Below are positions 60,131 through 64,000 of a stretch of DNA of 64,000 bases, in pieces. This DNA comes from Octopus vulgaris. Lineage: Eukaryota. The translations under genes and the position numbers were made by a program. The notes beneath the pieces are model-generated. The model saw only the letters and a program-made list of their open reading frames with translations, was not told the origin of the DNA and ran no database searches. Numbering within the stretch: the stretch's first letter is position 1; every line of letters starts with the position of its first letter. Where the stretch lies: contig OX597837.1 in assembly GCA_951406725.2 (NCBI GenBank), positions 22,010,001 to 22,074,000 of the forward strand, read 5' to 3'.

Positions 60131-60440
60131 TTTCTCATTGAATCAATGTAGGTTACAGTGAAGATGGTGGTGGTGGTAGTTAATGATTAAGACACTATGA
60201 CTAGCAGTTGAAGTGAAGGTGGTAGTGGTGGCTAATGGTTGAGGTAGTGGATGTTAGTGATTAATAGCTGTGGTAGTAACAGTGGTGGTGATGGAGTTAA
60301 CTTTATCAAAATGCCTGAAATCACCACATGATGGCACTATATAGATATCAAGTGGCTGGGAATGAATGTGTCAACCACATGGCTAGCCATGCCTGAGCCT
60401 ATAGCCACACCTGTGCCTATAGCCATGCCTGTGCCTATAT

Positions 60441-60673
60441 ATATTTCTTTACTACCCACAAGGGGCTAAACAGAGGGGACAAACAAGGACAGACAAACAG
60501 ATTAAGTCGATTACATCAACCCCAATGCGTAACTGGTACTTAATTTATCGACCCCGAAAGGATGAAAGGCAAAGTCGACCTCGGCGGAATTTGAACTCAG
60601 AACATAACAGCAGACGAAATACCGCTAAGCATTTCGCCCGGTGTGCTAACATTTCTGCCAGCTTGCTGCCTTA
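60441..60673 (-). mobile_element. SINE family A1
   Basis: TSD atgcctgtgcctatata. Confidence 0.9.
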
Positions 60674-61635
60674 ATGCCTGTGCCTATATAACCATATAAA
60701 AAGCATTGGTGCTGGTGTCACACTAAAAGCACTGGTGTTGGTACCACTTAAAATAACTGGTGATGGTGTCGTATAAAAAGTGATGGTGCCATGTAAAAAG
60801 CACCTAGTACATTCTGTGACATGGCTGGTAATATGAAGTGTGTCTAGCTGTGGAAACCAAGCTGGAGCAGACAATGGAGCCTGGAGTGACTCCCAGCCTT
60901 CTCAGCTCATGTGCAACTATCCAACACATGTCAGCATAGAAAATGGATGTTAAATGTTGCTGCAGCTGATGATGATGATTTATATATACACACACATACT
61001 TAGGGAGAGAGAGAGAAAGGAGAGGAAAAGAGAGATACTAATAACTAAAGTGAAAGTAAAACAATACTTTATTAATGATTATTGTTCTTCAACAAAGCAG
61101 CCATTAACACATTTTATTGATGTTTATTGTTCATCATAATACTCATCATCATCAACAACAACAACAACGATGATAATAATAATAATAATTATTATTATTA
61201 TTATTAATAATTTTATCATTATTATCATTATCACTATTTTCAGTGCCATTGTTTCCCATTACTGTTTCATTGTTTCCATCTTTCTTGTAATTATTTCACA
61301 AAAGAACTGAACAGAAGAAATGCAATTAATGGTGAAAAAAGATGGACTCTTGTAATAGTAGCAACAACAGGAACAACAACAGTAAAAACAATTAAAAAAA
61401 CAAATTGGTTTACAAGAAAATAAAACACTCTCATTGTTGTTAATATTATCAAGATATTGAGAGAGGTTATTTTTGTGTTAGAGGCACCAGGGGCTGGCAA
61501 TATTTCTTTCAGCTCTTTATGTTTAGAGTTCAAATACAGCCAAGGTCAACTTTGCCTTTCATCTTTTCGGGGTCTATAAAATAAAGTACCAGTCAAGTAC
61601 TGGGGTGGATGTAATCAATTAGCTTGCCTCCTTTT

Positions 61636-61783
61636 CTGGAAACTTGACTGAGGAGAGAAGGCCACAAATGACCCCTCCTTGTTTTTTCCTGTCCATCTGT
61701 GCAAAGTTTGACACACACAAAGATGGACAGGAAAAAACAAGGAGGGGTCATTTGTGGCCTTCTCTCCTCAGTCAAGTTTCCAG
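61636..61783. repeat. Perfect inverted repeat, 63-bp arms, 22-nt loop
   Basis: 61636-61698 is the exact reverse complement of 61721-61783. Confidence 0.95.
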
Positions 61784-62194
61784 CTTCATGCTTGCATGAA
61801 GTTGGTCCCAATTCTCTGACTGGTCACTGCTGTCTCTATTGTGTGGAAGAAATTGGTAGTACAGGGTCTGAAAACACCCGACGTCTTGACAGCAACCAGC
61901 AGAAACTGATAGTGGCTGTTGAGGCCCCTTAATTTATTGATTTTTCTCTCCTTTGTTGTGTGTGTGTGTCAAACTTTGCACAGATGTCTAGTTCTTGCTT
62001 TACATACAAATCTATGCACATATTTATCTATACTATGTACGTATATCTATGTATATATACACATGTGTACCTGTGTATATGAGTTCCTATATATATATGT
62101 ATATATTTGTCCATGCATGTGCATAGTCACATGTATCTAGCTGTAAGTATATGCTCATATACTTGGATGTGTGTGAGCACGTATGTGTATATGC

Positions 62195-62267
<73 letters not shown>

Positions 62268-62954
62268 TGTATGAATCTGTGTATGTATATGTGCGTCTAA
62301 GCATGAACACAAAGAAATTTTCATCTTAGTATTATCTTCCTTTCAACTTCTACTTCCTTTTCTTCCTCTTAACAGTTACAACAGTGAAAGTTCATTACAT
62401 CATTTTCTCTAAACTAGAATGTATACTTTCCATGTTTATATTTGATTTTTTTTTGCGTTTCAATAATTTTTCTGCTTTTACTCATTCTCAAATTTGATGG
62501 ACATATAGTGAAACGTAAGCTGACTCAAGAAATCTCTAGTGAGACATTTTATTGATGTACTCAAAGAGACCCAGAACAGGTTGAAACATGTGTTGTACCC
62601 AATAAAGTCTGTTACACATTCCATCTCCTATTTCATAATGCTGTTACCCCAACCGCCATTACAAGTTCTTGCAATAAATCTATGGATAACAACAGGTAAT
62701 CGAACTGTGTATAATCGAAACATCTTGTATAATTTCTCCATCATTTATATAAATACAAGATATAATGTCTTGAAGCATTTCTTCTAGTTCTCTGTACACT
62801 GATTTCAAAACCTACTGAGGTGAACTTTTCCTTTCAACTTTCTAGTACTTGATTAAAATATTGGAGTCAACATATTTAATTAAACACCACCCTCAAAAAA
62901 GAATGGGCAACCTTAAACCTAGGTTAGAAAATATTATTATTGCTGTTGTTGTTA

Positions 62955-63555
62955 TTATTCAAATTCTGTAGTGGTCAACTTTGCTTGTCATCCTTCTGGG
63001 GTTGATAAAACAAGTACCAGTCGAGTACAGGGGGGGGCAATGTAATCAAGTAGCCCCTGCCCCCACAAAATTTCAGGCCTTGTGCCTACAATAAAAAAGG
63101 ATTATTATAATTGAGGTGGTGAGCTGGCAGAATCTTTAGTATGCTGGACAAAATGCTTAGTGGTATTTTGCTTGTCACTACATTCTGAGTTCAAATTCCA
63201 CAAAGGTCGACTTTGTCTTTCATCCTTTTGGGGTTGATAAATTAAGTACCAGTGAAACACTGGGGGAGGGTTGATGTAATCGACTAGTCCCCTCCCTGCT
63301 ACTTTGAGGCTTTGTGTCTCCAGTAGAAAGGATTATTATTATAAGGCAGCAAAATGGTAGACTTGTTAGCACAAACAAAACATTTAACAGCGTCTCTTTT
63401 AGTTCTTTTAGGCCTGAGTTCAAATAAGCTGAGGAGAACTTTGCTTTTCATCCTTTCAGGGTCAATAAAATAAAATACAACATAGGGGTCAATGCAATCA
63501 ACTTATTCCCTCTCCCTTAAACTGCTGGCTTAGACCCAAAATTTGAAACATTACT
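62955..63555 (+). mobile_element. Head-to-tail array of three SINE A2 copies
   Basis: Copies separated by (ATT)n. Confidence 0.8.
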
Positions 63556-63883
63556 GTTAGGCTAGTGAAGAGCAGAATCAGTAGACATGAGTGTTTTAAG
63601 GCCATTTCCTTGGCTAAAGCAAAGGTTAGTCTTTTGGGTTCCATGATAGTCTTCTCTATTTTCCTCCATCATTTACACCTCTCTTTCGCCAATATCTTGT
63701 CCTCATTTCCTCATCCATTACCTATAGCCATGTCTTACTCAGCATTCCTCTTCCTCTGCTTCCTCCCACATTCATTTCCATTACCCCTCTTACCCAGTCA
63801 CTGTCATTCATTGTAAGCACATGACCCAACCATTTCATCCCATTTCTCTTCACACCTCACACAGGCTCTATTCTCTTCATTCT

Positions 63884-64000
63884 TAAGCTGGCAGAAACGT
63901 TAGCACGCCGAGCGAAATGCGTAGCCGTATTTTGTCTGTCATTACGTTCCAAGTTCAAATTTCGCCGAGGTGGACTTTGCCTTTCATCCTTCCGGGGTCG
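63884..64000 (+). mobile_element. SINE family A, runs off the window end
   Basis: gctggcagaaacgttagcacgcc..gcctttcatccttccggggtcg. Confidence 0.85.

Overview
Eukaryotic, AT-rich, extremely repeat-dense animal DNA. The mix of tRNA-headed SINEs, (TA)n/(CATA)n/(AAT)n microsatellites and R4/RTE/CR1/Tx1 LINE debris looks like a coleoid cephalopod, probably Octopus (inference, not a database match). One host gene is supported: a 3-coding-exon minus-strand gene, join(56822-54452, 48590-47647, 43314-43045), 1194 aa. It encodes a type II membrane DUF229-family protein of the alkaline-phosphatase/sulfatase superfamily with an unusual ~500-aa basic low-complexity insert. Almost all other ORFs in the track are microsatellite or SINE artefacts, or decayed retrotransposon frames. 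I found no CRISPR, prokaryotic system or clearly new multi-gene system. The most notable signals are: the DUF229 insert and a TAATG stop-start uORF; SINE tails abutting both internal splice acceptors; a SINE sharing its 3' end with a Tx1-like LINE; a pre-tRNA-Glu/RTE chimera; an R4-like family associated with (CATA)n; a piggyBac element with its MITEs; and a perfect 63-bp hairpin whose loop has a second pairing partner. Family letters A-F are my own labels. Repeat boundaries are read by eye and approximate unless a TIR or TSD is quoted.
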